Positions 11,801-25,489 of a stretch of 64,000 bases of DNA are shown one piece after another. Location: contig OX597819.1 of the NCBI GenBank assembly GCA_951406725.2, positions 10,788,001-10,852,000 on the forward strand, written 5' to 3'. Source of the stretch: Octopus vulgaris. Its lineage: Eukaryota. A program made the translations under genes and the position numbers. The notes under the pieces are model-generated. The model ran no database searches. It was given only the letters and a program-made list of their open reading frames with translations, and was not told the origin of the DNA. The stretch's first letter is position 1. Every line of letters starts with the position of its first letter.

Positions 11801-13946
11801 CTCCTCAGCACACCTCTCTCTAATCTGCTTCTTCATCTTTATACTACTGAAATAGTCACTTAGATATTAGACATTTGAGGGCTCTGCTGATCTCAGGCCT
11901 TCATAACAGGGCGCTCTGATATTTGTAATGATGGCAGAAATGTCCTGTTGCCTAGCACAGACCTATTACAGGATTTCAACTTAGCAATGCAAGCTAATAA
12001 ATACTAACTAACAAGTCTTCATGCAACAAGCAACAATGAGCTATACCTACCTGTTTACAACAAAACGGATTGAACCAGAAAGTTATGCGACTCTGGTATA
12101 GAGACAGGAATATTATTATTGATCAGATTAGCTGCTCTGGTTAACACCATCAAAACCTCATTCATAAACAGCTCAACTCTATATCAATTCTCTTATCCGT
12201 TATCTCTCTTTCAAGTATCTACTGTTGTATATATAATATCTAGCAACAATTTTCTTGGTTCACTTTAAAAATCAGCAAATCTTTTTAAAGTCACTTTATA
12301 ACAAAGCAACAGGATTCAGATAAGAGCTCAGCAGGGAATTACATTTCCTCCAGTTATTACATAAAAAAATACACTCTGTATACATTTATACACAATGTAT
12401 ATGTGTGTATGTACGTGTGTGTGTGTGTATATATATATTATAGCAAAACTAAAGCAGCAAAAAAAATATATATATATTGAAGAGATAAAGGAAAAATTCA
12501 TAGCATTTTAGATATTATATAATTTGAGATAGGAAACTAAGATTATTTTGTCATTTAATATATATATATATATATAGATAGATATATGGGTGTATATGGT
12601 TTTTGAGTGTGTGTGTATGTGTGTTTGTGTATACACACATGTATTCTAAAACATATGTATAGTAATTTAGCTTGTTGATACTCAAATTTTTGTTTCTTCA
12701 TCTAATGTAAGAAAACAAGAAGCTAAAGCAGTCAGTGTGTTGAAGAAAAAAAAAATTGCACAAGAATGGTGATAAAAAATACAAACAAGAAAAATATGAC
12801 TAATATCCTGATTGCAATGCTGGAGATTATTGATTTTTAAAATACTTTTATTTATTTTTTTTCTTAGTTTTTTTCTCTCTCTCTCTGTCTTTATAGCTTT
12901 CCAACCTTATTTTCTTTTTGAAGCCAAACATTTTGCAATATTGCTTTAATCTCCTAATAAAAAAAAAAGGTAAATAAAGGAAAGAAAAAAAACAAAAAAC
13001 AAAAAAAAACAAAAGACAAATCAAGAATCACTTATAGCAACAACAAAAATGAAATGCCAGTTATTTAGAGGAACAGAAAACAAGTGTAATGTTCAAGACA
13101 GATTAGAGCAATAAGAACTAAACAAGGTAACATTCATGGATGCTCACACAAATACAAAAATTCGCTTGTGTGTGTATGTGTGTGTATGACTAAATTTACT
13201 ATGCAACAACTACATAAATATCTATGTGTGTGTGGTGGGGGTGAGTGACTGATCAAAAGATTTACATAATCTACTTAACTGTTTTAGTTTGGCTGTTGTT
13301 TTTTTTTTTCTATTTTCATTACTAAATACATGAGTACTACAAACAATTGATGACAACATATGATGACAAAAAAAAAAAAAAAATCATAACTGAAACAGAG
13401 AAGAGAAGAGAAGAGAAGAGGAGGGAATGTAACACTCAAAACAAATAATGATTCACTAGATGAAAGCCCTACTATTATAAACTACTACTAACAAAACATT
13501 AGAAGATTAAGGAACCACACACAGATGCCCAACCTCTATGGACACACAGACACACATACTTTTACTCAAACATAAATTGTTAGAAACTATAAACAGAAAA
13601 CTGGAGAGTGTTCAGAATATACTGCTAGCTATCCGGTTATTGTATTAATGGAAATTTAGCACAAAAAGATGAAGCACTGAATTAAATGCTTTGCGAGACT
13701 CAGTCTGATACCTCTAAGTAATGAATTCACACATGACCATGGCTGGTTTCTCATATTTTTTCTGATTTTTTTAATGCTTTTAATCACTCCAAGAACTATA
13801 TAAATGTGTGCTCGTAATATACTAGGAATACATTCATCTGAACAGTACTTACCCTCCTATAATAACTGATTTTTTCCATTTTCTCTTTAAATAAGTTAGT
13901 GATAGGAGGAGAAGGGCTCTATGTTTGCAACCTGAACATTTTCAAG

Positions 13947-14472
13947 TATATGTATATACATATAGATATATACATATATAGATACATACATATATACACA
14001 TATATAGATACATAGATACATACACATATATAGATACATAGATACATACACATACATAGATACATAGATACATACACATACATAGATACATACATACATA
14101 CACATACATAGATACATACATACATACATACATACATACATACATACATACATACATACATACATACATACATACATACATACATACATACATACATACA
14201 TACATACATACATACATACATACATACATACATACATACATACATACATACATACATACATACATACATACATACATACATACATACATACATACATACA
14301 TACATACATACATACATACATACATACATACATACATACATACATACATACATACATACATACATACATACATACATACATACATACATACATACATACA
14401 TACATACATACATACATACATACATACATACATACATACATACATACATACATACATACATACATACATACA

Positions 14473-14542
<70 letters not shown>
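13947..14542. repeat. Long (TACA)n microsatellite with degenerate flank and (TA)n
   Basis: About 390 bp of perfect TACA (about 14113-14500). Explains the MYVC-repeat ORFs. Confidence 0.95.
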
Positions 14543-14602
14543 CCGGAGTACGGCAACGAGAAACTCAGAGTAACAGATTTTGTTGAATTTTCTGCTGCTT
14601 TT
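14541..14602 (+). mobile_element. Penelope-like terminal fragment carrying the 3' half of a hammerhead motif
   Basis: CCG-GAGTA-CGG hairpin, then GAAA-CTC-A-GAG-TA. The CTGANGA half is replaced by (TA)n. A reverse copy lies at 218-253. Confidence 0.5.
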
Positions 14603-14648
<46 letters not shown>

Positions 14649-14872
14649 GGAGTAAATCCAAACTTACAGGGAAAAATTAGATTTAGGATTAAATCTAATT
14701 TTATAGTATAAATATATATTATATTAAATTAGAGATAAAACCACTATTAGGCAAATCAAACAGAGAAAATCATAAGCCAATACACAGAAATAAAATTAAT
14801 TAAAAAATATATAAAAAATATAAAATATAAGATATAAAAATATATACATACACACACATACACAAACATATA

Positions 14873-15190
14873 TTATCATCATTTAATGTCTGTTGTCTAT
14901 GCTGGCAATGGGTTGGATGGTTTGAACAGGGCTAGCAAGCTGGAAGGCTGAACCAGACTCCAGTCTGATTTGGCATGGTTTCTATGGCTGGATGCTATTC
15001 CTAACACCAACCACTCTAAGAGAGTAATGAGTGCTTTTACATACCACTGGCCTGGGTGCCATTCATGTGACACCAGTATCTACCAAGACTGCAATTTCAC
15101 TTGGCTTGATGGGTCTTCTCAAAGCATGGCATACCGCCAAAGATCTCGGTCATTTGTCATTGCCTCCATGAGGTCCAACACATCAAAGGT
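14873..15190 (-). mobile_element. Family A (RTE 3' region), older diverged copy
   Basis: CATCATTTAATGTC...GGCTGGATGCTATTCCTAACACCAACCACTC. Confidence 0.7.
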
Positions 15191-15195
15191 GCTTT

Positions 15196-15730
15196 CATCA
15201 TCATCATCATCGTCGTTTAGCGTCCGTTTTCCATGCTAGCATGGGTTGGACGGTTCTACTGGGGTCTGTGAAGCCAGAAGGCTTCATCAGGCCCAGTCAA
15301 ATCTGGCAGTGTTTCTACGGCTGGATGCCCTTCCTAACGTCCAACCACTCCGTGAGTGTAGTGGGTGCTTTTTACGTGCCAGACAGAGCTGGCGAACGGC
15401 CACCCTCGGATGGTGTTTTTTATGTGCCACCGGCACAAGGGCCAGGCGAAGCTGGCAATGGACACAAAATGGGGCGGTGCTGGCAACGGTCGCGAAACGG
15501 AAGGTTCTCTTACATGCCACCGGCACTGGTAACACATCTGCAATTTCCATTGATCGATTTCCATTCTGATCCTCACTTGCCTCAACGGGTCTTCACAAGT
15601 AGAGTTTCGACATGCCACCGGCACTGGTAACACATCTGCAATTTCCATTGATCGATTTCCATTCTGATCCTCACTTGCCTCAACAGGTCTTCACAAGTAG
15701 AGTTTTGTGTCCCAAGAAGGGAAGGTATGC
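15196..15730 (-). mobile_element. Family A (RTE 3' region) with internal repeat units and a 98-bp tandem duplication
   Basis: (CAT)n tail, conserved body and GTGCCACCGGCAC units. 15512-15607 is repeated at 15610-15705. Confidence 0.85.
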
Positions 15731-15739
15731 ATAAAATAC

Positions 15740-17027
15740 CAGAAATAATTCTGCAGAAAATAATTCTCTGCAGTGAATTTTGCCGGTTAGAGAGGGTCAA
15801 CTTCTAACATAATGGATATTCACATAATGGATATCCACTTATAATTTTTCTGAATCTTCAGATTTTTCTATATGCTAGACCACAGGTTCAGTTCCTTTGA
15901 GTGAAACAAGTATGTGCAATGTTCCACCAAATTCTGATCGAGGAAACATCCTTAGGTGAGTAAAAGTTTTCATTATTGATGAAGCTTCAATGATATCAGT
16001 TTATACTTTGAAAGCTATAGATAATTGTTTGAGAGATATTATAAATAGATAATCGTTTAAGAGATATAAAAGATAATATTAAAATTATTGTACTAGGAGG
16101 AGATTTTAGACAAGTTCTCCCAGTTGTTCCCAGAGCTCCTCCAGCAGCTGTACTTGATGCTTGCCTCAAATGCTCCTCTGTGTGGGATAATTTTCATCAA
16201 ATGCAACTTACGCAAAAATGAGGAGAACAAATGCAAAGGAACAAGATTTTTTGAGGTGGCCACTACAACTTGGAAGTGGATTTCTTCAAAGCTCTCTTGA
16301 TAATCTTGCAGAAGATACTATTCGTATTCCTGGGGCATGCATATTGTAACAATTCTTTGGTATCTGATATATTTGACAATTGTACAACAGAAGAAATGGA
16401 AAATAGAATAATCTTATCCCCTAAAAATTCAGACTGCTTAGCAGTAAATGAAGAAATTCCAAGTAGACTGCACACTGAAACTAAGATGTATCTAAGCACC
16501 GACTCAGTAACTTCTGATAATGAAGAAGAAGCCCAGAATTATCCCATGGAGTTTATAAACTCTGGAATGCATCCACATCACCTTAACTTAAAAGTTGGAG
16601 GAATTATTATGCTTCTTAGAAACCTCCCCATAACACAAGGTCTATGCAATGGAACTCACTTGGAAGTACTTCAGCTCCATGAGCATGATATTGAAGCATC
16701 AATTATAAGTGGATCTCATTATCACACAAGAGTATTGATTCCAAGAATCAAATTTACTCCAAGCGATGCAAACATTCCATTCATTCTGCATCAGACCCAG
16801 TTCCCGGTTTATCTATCCTATTCTATGACAATCAATAAAGCACAGGGGCAAACATTCAATAAAGTTGACATACACTTGCTACGGCCATGCTTCACTCGTG
16901 GTCAGCTTTGCATAGCTTTTGAACAAACAGTGTGAGGGTTAAAGTGATACCTCAAAAGGAATCCATTCATGGTCGCAGAAGGGGAATTACCTACATTACA
17001 AACACTGTATATAGGGAAGTGCTGTAA
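15740..17027 (+). pseudogene. Helitron PIF1-like helicase, C-terminal part, frameshifted
   Basis: IIDEASMIS and VLGGDFRQVLPVVP upstream. ORF 16270-16935 has ILSPKN, LNLKVGGIIMLLRNL, GLCNGT, VLIPRI, QFPV, YSMTINKAQGQTF and GQL. Ends NTVYREVL*. Confidence 0.9.
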
Positions 17028-17529
17028 CGGGTGTATAATGGAATGGAAGGTTTATGATACCTGTGGAGTATCACCTTCTCCCATTATAATTATTTTTGTA
17101 GTTTCAAGGGTCTGGAACATGAAGAAGAAGTTCACAAGTGGAGTAAAATTCAAAAGCCATTTATTTACAGAGTTCTTGTTCATGTGGTTTGCTCTCAGTG
17201 ACTTCCTTTATCACAGCACGTGGTTTGTCTTAACTCCGTACATGTGAGGTTCATTACCTCTAGAGATAAGCATGTGTAGTCAGAGTGGAACAAGAGTCTG
17301 CTGTGAGTTGCTGGCTTCGCAGCATGTCTTGGCGTTGAGTGTGAGAAGAGTGAGAGAGAGAATGTTGTTATTCTCTTGCTTAAATACAGGTTGTCAGTGA
17401 GAATCTCGTTGTCATCTCATGCATGACAACAAACAGTTGCAGGCAAGATCTCCTTCTCGTCTCACACATGGCAATGGCTACCGGCAAGATCTCGTTCAAA
17501 ATGGCACTGGCTTCTTGTGCCTCGCTACA
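17023..17529 (-). mobile_element. Candidate solo LTR inside the Helitron 3' region
   Basis: Termini TGTAACG...CGCTACA. Minus-strand TATTTAAG followed by AATAAA. No TSD seen. Confidence 0.3.
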
Positions 17530-17584
17530 GATGTATCCAACATATACTTTCACACAATAGCTTAATATAAACTTATATTATTAA

Positions 17585-17795
17585 CCCTTTCGTTACTAAC
17601 CCGGCTCTGGCTCTGTAGTACAAATGTCTTGTTTTCATAAGTTTTGCATCAAAATATACCACCAAACCTTAGTTGCAATTTATATTCCTAACACTAGCTG
17701 AATGATAGCTAAGTTATTTTACTAAATTCTTTGTTATATTTAAAATAATTGAAAGAAACACAGAGCATCTCAAAATAAATACGGTAACGAAAGGG
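17585..17795. mobile_element. piggyBac-type MITE family P1
   Basis: TTAA|CCCTTTCGTTAC ... GTAACGAAAGGG|TTAA. Confidence 0.9.
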
Positions 17796-17902
17796 TTAAT
17801 ATATATAACATAAAGGATAATAGAATTTTTCATTAACCAAAATAGTACAAATTAAACAATTTTGATTAAATGATAACTATTCATTAGATGATAGTTAAAT
17901 TA

Positions 17903-17931
17903 TCTGTGAATTTTTTCACGGGTCCAGCTAG
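17903..17931 (+). mobile_element. Helitron 3' terminus
   Basis: GTGAA-TTTT-TTCAC hairpin, then GGGTCCAG-CTAG|T, about 900 bp after the helicase stop. Confidence 0.7.
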
Positions 17932-18436
17932 TTTGAGATGAATATAACAACAATAATCCTTGGATGGAACTTATAAACATGTGATGCATTGCTATGCACA
18001 TTTCCACAAATCACATGTCTCTTAAGATCAAAGTCCATATTCCTAGGATGATTACAGTGTAGTCTGTAGTATCCATGGGTACTTGGTAGATCATCATCAC
18101 TGATTTGTTTCCTTAAGCAATATAACATTAGTGGATGAACCACAGAGGGATGTTTTTCTCTTTTTACCAGTCTGAAAGTCAGACAAGCTTTGTGAGCATT
18201 TCGGTGTGTATTTAGTGGAGAGGAGTAGAAAGTGATGGGAACGGAGGAAGGAATGGTAGTTTTATAGGGATGGAGATGTGTGTGGTGATGTTGGGTTTAT
18301 TTTGCTATTCATTTAGCTGATGTTAGGATGGGTAGTAAAGTCCTTTGTTTGATCTCATTTAAGGAATGTCTATCTTAAATAAATTCTGAACTCAACAGGT
18401 AGTCAACTACAGTGGAGTTTGTTGACTGAATTAATT

Positions 18437-18706
18437 GCCAGCCTCGCCTTCCCCCCGTGCCGGTGGCACGTAAAAGCACCATCCGTTCATGGCCGTTTGC
18501 CAGCTCCGTCTGGCACCTGTGCGGGTGGCACGTAAAAAGCACCCACTACACTCACAGAGTGGTTGGCATTAGGAAGGGCATCCAGCCGTAGAAACACTGC
18601 CAGATCAGACTGGGCCTGGTGCAGCCTTCTGGCTTCACAGACCCCAGTTGAACCGTCCAACCTATGCTAGCATGGAAAATGGACGCTAAATGATGATGAT
18701 GATGAT
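18437..18706 (+). mobile_element. Family A (RTE 3' region)
   Basis: Two GGTGGCACGTAAAA units, AGGAAGGGCATCCAGCCGTAGAAAC and a (GAT)n tail. Confidence 0.85.
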
Positions 18707-18813
18707 ACTTTCTTGTGGTAGCCTCTTCATTGTTTTTGTTGGTATAGTTGGTATATATCTCAAGCATTCGTTTAACTGTTTTGGATTCCTCCACTTTTCT
18801 ATAATGTGTTATT

Positions 18814-19197
18814 TCATTTCAAAATATTTTTTTCAAACTCCATGAATGATGTTTTGTTCCTATGTTTACATGATATGATCATCTCAGAGCACCTATTTAT
18901 CACATTTTCTATGGATGTGATTATTTCCAGGGTTTCTTCTAGGCATAAGTTGCAAACCCGCGATGTTCCATTATATTGTGCAGCACTTTTTATAATGGAC
19001 CAGCTGGTTGCATGTTTCACTCCATTCTGTTTTAGTCTCCAGATGAGGCTCAATAGAGATTTGGAGTGTCTTTTACCAGAAAATGATGAGAGATGGTTTC
19101 TCAGAGGATTTGTCAAGGTGTCTCTGGTGCCACCAGTGTACAGGTATTTCTGCATATCTGTCCTCACCTCATATTTGTACAATACATTCCTTATCAT
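18814..19197 (-). pseudogene. Penelope-like GIY-YIG endonuclease C-terminal fragment (CxLCLxE...CxH type)
   Basis: YTGGT...RNHLSSF...LIWRLK...WSII...YNGTSRVCNLCLEE...INRCSE...SCKHRNK fits the motif order recalled for this PLE endonuclease type. Confidence 0.7.
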
Positions 19198-19519
19198 GCT
19201 GTTGTTGTTAAAATCTGCTTTCCTATTTATGACTGCAGTTACATTTTTTTTCCTTTCTTTCTATGAAGTTACTATTAGTGAAAGATGTATATATATGTGT
19301 ATATGAAATGGATGTGTGTGCATGAAAGAGAGAAAGAGGGAGTGAAGGGGTGTGTTGTCATGTATACATAAATCAATACATATGCATACATCTTTTTTAT
19401 ATCTACATGTGCATGTGTGTGAGAGAGAGAGTGAGTGAACGTGCATGTTCTCATGTATGTGTAAGTGGCTCTCTCTCTCTCTCTCTCTCACACACATACA
19501 CAGCCAAACGGTTGATAAC

Positions 19520-19860
19520 CTGAGGTCAGCCTGATTGAGTTGAGGTCGCTCTTTGAGGCCTTTCCCATTCTTGAGCCTCTCCATGACTCATCTGGCTGAC
19601 ATTGAGCTGTTTGGCAATGTCGGACTTGTGGCCTGTGAGCAGAAGAGCAGAGATCTCAATTCTTTTCACTTCCATCTTGATACACCAGCACACAAATGAA
19701 AAAGATATTTTAATGACATGTGCTGGGAAAGTAGAACTTTTAAGTATGTTTGGCAGCACTTTCTCTATCACACACGTAAACTGCTCGAAAGATCCCAAAC
19801 CAAGTGTAACAGGAGTTTTGCAAAGTTCTGGTATAGTTTCAAATACACCATAATGTCAGT
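19520..19860 (-). mobile_element. Tc1/mariner transposase N-terminal (HTH) fragment
   Basis: MEVKRIEISALLLTGHKSDIAKQLNVSQM, then after a frameshift ERLKNGKGLKERPQ. Confidence 0.65.
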
Positions 19861-21200
19861 TACAAGACACTGTGGTAGTGGTGGTGCTGTATGATATATA
19901 AGCTATGTAATGTGTATGTGTGTGTTCATATGTGCATATTTGTGTGGAGTACTGTATAGTGGTATACTGTAAGTATGATAAGAACATTGTACATATGGGT
20001 GTGCATGTATGTAACATGTATAAATGTGATATGTATGTGATGCATATGTGGTAACAATTTGTGATATATGTAAGATAAGTGTATGAAATGTGTATGTATG
20101 TGTGTTTGGTATGAGTGCATATGTAGGTGTTGTACAGTTGTGTGTGGTCAAGACAATCTAACATGTCAATAAGGCAATAGGGTTATTTTATCTTAGCTTA
20201 ATGGAGGAAATCTGGAATGACTGTTGCAAATTAAGAAATTTCTTTCCTTTTCTTTTCAAGAAACAGAATTGATAATAACAGAACTAAAGTAATTCTTCTG
20301 TGGATGCTGAAAGTCAATAATCATGGTAAATACTGTGGAAAAATAACTGAGCATTTGAGGTAAATAAATTAAGGTTGATCATGTGTAAGAATTGAACAGA
20401 TGAACAGGTCTTATGTTTTTGTTTATGATACATGCTAAAATGCAAACAGACAACACAACCTCCACTCAGCTCTTAGTTTTTAATGTGTACAAACAGGCAG
20501 TTCCATCACTATGGTAATTGCAAACAGCATACAGATGTCAGACTCTGCTAAAAGCATTTGGTTTTGGTGAAGTAATGGTATGGGATTGATGTGATTGTAA
20601 ACAATATAGTGTGTGCTAACAAACAATGATGGAGAAGAGATTGATATAATGTGTATAAGTTTTGCCTCTTATCATTAGCTGCTCAAGGTGTTCATTAATG
20701 GCTAGGTTATTCAGTGTAGTTATCTTGATAATATCATGTCCATGGAATTAAAATATTTCATGGAACATAAAAAACAAAGATAAGCATATATTCAAAAACA
20801 ATTTCAATCCTTTGGAGATGAAACAGAGTGATGCTGGTGCACAACAAAAGAAAAAAATTATTATTATGAGATATAAATTCTGCTTATTAAAAAACAAAAC
20901 CAAAAAAAAAAGAAAATAAAAGAAAAAAGAACAAATTCTCAATAGATACAAATAAGGATACACAGAGCCTGCAAGACAGAATTGATAATCACCATGGAAA
21001 ACAATTGCTACTTTGTTACCGTGCAGCAAATAAATAGAAAAACTGACTGACATTTAATAATGTGTGCAAAAATATAGGAGCTACAACAGCTCTCCTACAT
21101 GTCTGGCCCCAAGATTTAAAAGTAATTCCTGAAACTGGTTTTCAAATGATTGACACTTTGCTCGAGTATAATATATATATATACACACACACAAATATGC

Positions 21201-21233
<33 letters not shown>

Positions 21234-21259
21234 AATATGCATATATATATATATATATA

Positions 21260-21292
<33 letters not shown>

Positions 21293-21295
<3 letters not shown>

Positions 21296-21838
21296 CATAC
21301 CAATAGTCCTACAAAGCCCCCAAATGGGAAACATATTAAACAAATATTGCATAAAAACAGTAAACGACAAGACAAAAACCTGAAGAAACAACTAACAAGA
21401 GCAAAATTCTCATCAGAAACTAAAACTGAATTCTTTGTAAAAGAGTGCGGAGATGGTAGATGTGGGATCTGCAGCAACCCCACCTACAAATACATAGAGG
21501 GAGAAAAACAAATGAAATTTAAGAGTGGTCACATATTCAAAGTAAATGCAGACATGAACTACAAGACGCAGAACATAATATACCTCATGACCTGCTCCAC
21601 ATGCAAGGAGGATTATATAGGTGAAACTGGAAATTCTTTATGCCTAAGAGCCAGAATTCACCGACAACATGTCCAACAGGAGGAACTGCGAAAGATTCCA
21701 GTGAGTAAACACCCAGATATATGTGGAGAAGGAAAATTTAAGATCTTTCCCTTCAACAAATGTCCAGAGAATGACACATCCTTCAGGAGAAATATGGAAA
21801 AATACTTCATAACAAAGTTCTCCCCCCAAATTAAATGA
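21293..21838 (+). pseudogene. Penelope-like element GIY-YIG endonuclease, 5'-truncated at a (TA)n tract
   Basis: [56 protein letters not shown] and RRNMEKYFITKFSP in one open frame. Confidence 0.9.
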
Positions 21839-22459
21839 CTGAAAATATTTCTATAATAATTTGTACTAGATGACGGACCAATTTTGTAAAGTAAATTGTA
21901 TTAAACACACGCACACAGAGTGCTACACATATGTACATATACATAAATACAAACAAATTTTCATCCAGATTCGCCAACCCATATCAGCACAGGAATCAAA
22001 CAGTGGTATAAATGTCAACACAATTATTTCTTCTTCCTCTCTTTCTTCTTTCTTCCCTTCTCCAGCGACACCCCTTCCAGATACACAGGCACCCACACAC
22101 ACATGCGCACATACACACACACACACTCTCACAAAACAATGATAAAAAGAAATCCAGACAATTTTTTGAGAAGTGACATTTTGCCCCCCTTGAAGTGGGC
22201 CGCTGAGTTTGCCATTTCTAAAAGCCAAGAATCATTTACTATTGAAAGACAGACCAGTTGCAAAAATGTAAACACATTTTTTTTTTCTTTCTCTCCTCCT
22301 CCTACCTTTCATTCATCTTTCCCATTTGACACTCCTTTCAGATACACAGACACCCACACACATGCGCGCACACACATATACACACACACCCTCTCACAAG
22401 ACAAAGGAAATCCAGGCAAACTTTTGAAAAGTGATATTTTGCCTCCCCTTGGAGTGACC

Positions 22460-22507
22460 ACATATATATATATACATACATCCACACATATATATATATA
22501 CATACAT

Positions 22508-22553
<46 letters not shown>

Positions 22554-22777
22554 ATACATATATATACACATACATACATACATACATATATACACATACA
22601 TACATATATATATATACACATACATATATATATATATATACACATACATATATATATACATACACATACATACATACATACATACATATATACATACATA
22701 CATATATATATACATACATACATATATATATACATACATACATATATATACATATAAATTTATATACATATAAATAT

Positions 22778-22811
<34 letters not shown>

Positions 22812-22812
22812 C
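22460..22812. repeat. Compound TA/TACA/CA microsatellite
   Basis: Simple-repeat tract. Confidence 0.9.
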
Positions 22813-23315
22813 TACATAGATCAACTGTCTTTCTAACATGAAAACGGGAGTTCAATACATGAATTCAGTCATCTTCTGAGGGGTTAAATTGAGAATCTTT
22901 GATATACAAATGTAAATAAAGAAATCAATCTCAAAGTTAGCAATGAACTCTTAGTATTTCTCATCTGAAAGAAAACTCCATCGATCAGAGAATTTACACC
23001 ATTAAAACCTTAATGTATTTAAACCCAATATTTCAGTATTCTTTCATAGTGCAGACATCTGATAATGCGAAGATATTTCTGGTTTTTAATGTGTTCTTAC
23101 GTACCTACTTTGGAAGGTGTAAGCAATTCCTCTGCTGTTGTTGGTGCCAATTGGACTAAAGAAACAATAGCTAGAAACTGAGAAAGTAATTAACTATACA
23201 ACACATTACTAAAGTACAAAGAACATACCATATATAATGTTCCTTTTGGTTGCTACATGGAAAAATTCACTGACCAAAATAAACTACTAACATACGAGTT
23301 AGAAATAACAAACTA

Positions 23316-23719
23316 GGCGTAGGAGTGGCTGTGTGGTAAGTAGTTTGCTTACGAACCACATAGTTCCAGGTTCAGTCCCACTGCGTGGCACCTTGGGCAA
23401 GTGTCTTCTACTGTAGCCTCGGGCCGACCAATGCCTTGTGAGTGGATTTGGTAGGCAGAAACTGAAAGAAGCCCGTTGTATATATGTATATGTGTGTGTG
23501 TGTGTGTTTGTGTGTCTGTGTTTGTCCCCCTAGCATTGCTTGACAACTGATGCTGGTGTGTTTACGTCCCCGTAACTTAGCGGTTCGGCAAAAGAGACCG
23601 ATAGAATAAGTACTGGGCTTACAAAAGAATAAGTCCCGGGGTCGAGTTGCTCGATTAAAGGCGGTACTCCAGAATGGCTGTAGTCAAATGACTGAAACAA
23701 GTAAAAGAGTAAAAGAGTA
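23316..23719 (+). mobile_element. Full-length tRNA-headed SINE family B (CORE-like centre)
   Basis: A-box TGGCTGTGTGG, B-box-like GGTTCAGTCCC, CORE-like ACCTTGGGCAAGT, an internal TA/TG microsatellite and a (GTAAAAGA) tail. Confidence 0.9.
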
Positions 23720-25489
23720 GGCTAAATAGTTGTGGACAGATAGTTTTGAAGACAAGTTTTCTACTTCATAGCAAATTGGGGCTGTTAAGCCTCAATGTTT
23801 TATATGGTCCTGTAACATTGTAGAATTGTTAACAGTCCAAAAAGAGATTGTAAGCATAATACAGAGGGAAACGAGTTCATTTGTAAATAGTGAGAGGAGA
23901 ATGTGAATGTAAAGCAAAGCAAAGTGAAGGTGTCGACATTACAATGGAGTTAATGCCACTAAAATAGAGTCAGGAAATAATGGATTTTGAAAATTAGAGA
24001 AATAATGGAATGACATAGATCAAGACTTAGAAATGGTGGTGGGATTTCCAAACAATGATTTAAGCAGTGACAACTAATTACGAATAAAGCTATGGCTTTG
24101 TTTACATCCTTGATCTATTTCTACATGGACAACACAAAATTATAATAAATAATTCAGCTGTACATGAATCATTATATACACTCCTTTCTGCAATTCAAAC
24201 ATATTTAGCAAATCATAATGACAAGGTACAATACATGACAGATAAAGATGGATTACTTACTGATACAAAACAAAGAATAGAAATTTTATTGTTTTGCTGA
24301 ACCCCAAGAAAATTGTCTAAGATAACCTATTTTAAATGGATAACATTCCTATTTCCAGGTTGAAATATTTTAACAATAAGGAAAGCATCCAAATGTGAAA
24401 TGCCTGTTACAAAATGCATGCAAATGCCTTTGCTGTGTCATAACCATTCAACCAAAACTAACAATGGAAATGGAAATAAAAATAACTTTAAAAATAAAAT
24501 TGGGAACAAACAAAAAGCTTTGCTATTTAATATTTATAATCATTTCTTTAATATTAAATTGTCTTTGTTTTATACTGTTATGTTGCAAAGTACTATTTGT
24601 ACACAGCAGTTGATTCCAAGTATCACCAATGATGAAAAAAGAGAATGAAAAATTAAGGGAAAACAATTTATTGGAGATCAATTAATTCAGTAATAGATTA
24701 TTGGAGAACTTAAAACTAACCATTCAGAAGAGAAGTCAATCCAGGTAGAGCATAGATTGTAGTTTAGCTGAAATACTTATAAATCAATACAGCAGATTTA
24801 TTATTGCTAAAAGAAGTTGATATTTAGGAAGAAAAAAAAAACAACAATAAAAATAAAAAAAGAATAAAAACTATGATTTTCACATCTTATTGATTTTCCT
24901 GGAACCAACTTTTACCATTTAATTGACAGTCATGTAACAATCAGTTAGAAATCTACTTGAATCTCTTATAGAAAAACTATCATTTTCTTTATATTTTTTT
25001 ATTTTTATAAAAATTTCTGAATAAATAAAATCTTTTCTCTGTCACATTCCCCTTCCACACCAACAAGTGCCGTTAGCAACTAATTTCTCCCCATCTGCCA
25101 TTTTCCATTCTATGCAAATACATATCACATATAAACCTACATGTATTGTGTTGATATACTCTCCTATTTCCATGTTAATGTAGGTTGGTTGGTTCTTCAG
25201 ATTCAAACATTTTTGTATGAACTGTTTAAACAAGTAGTTTTCCACCTACTTGACTTGGAAGTGAGAATGGTACTAATTTTTTTAGTAAGGCTGATTGAGC
25301 AGAGTATATATACATTAATGTATATGTTTTCAATACTTACATTAGAACTTACCAATTTATTTGATTTTAAAATTTCAACAATTTTCCCTCTCATACAAAC
25401 TACTTCTAAAACACAAATACAAATAATAAACAAAATACTGGTGTTCTGTCTCATGAACAAAATAAAAAAAGATTGTTTTCTGTCTTCAA

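Noticed and set aside
13896-14661. 200-240 aa ORFs (MYVC repeats)
   Set aside because: Translations of (TACA)n. The same applies to the YI, HT and CV-rich ORFs throughout the window.
16270-16935. Host PIF1 gene
   Set aside because: Intronless, frameshifted and followed by a Helitron terminus.
21860-21895. Hammerhead after the GIY-YIG stop (CTAGATGACGGACC)
   Set aside because: The core is altered, and no closing stem II or GAAA is present.
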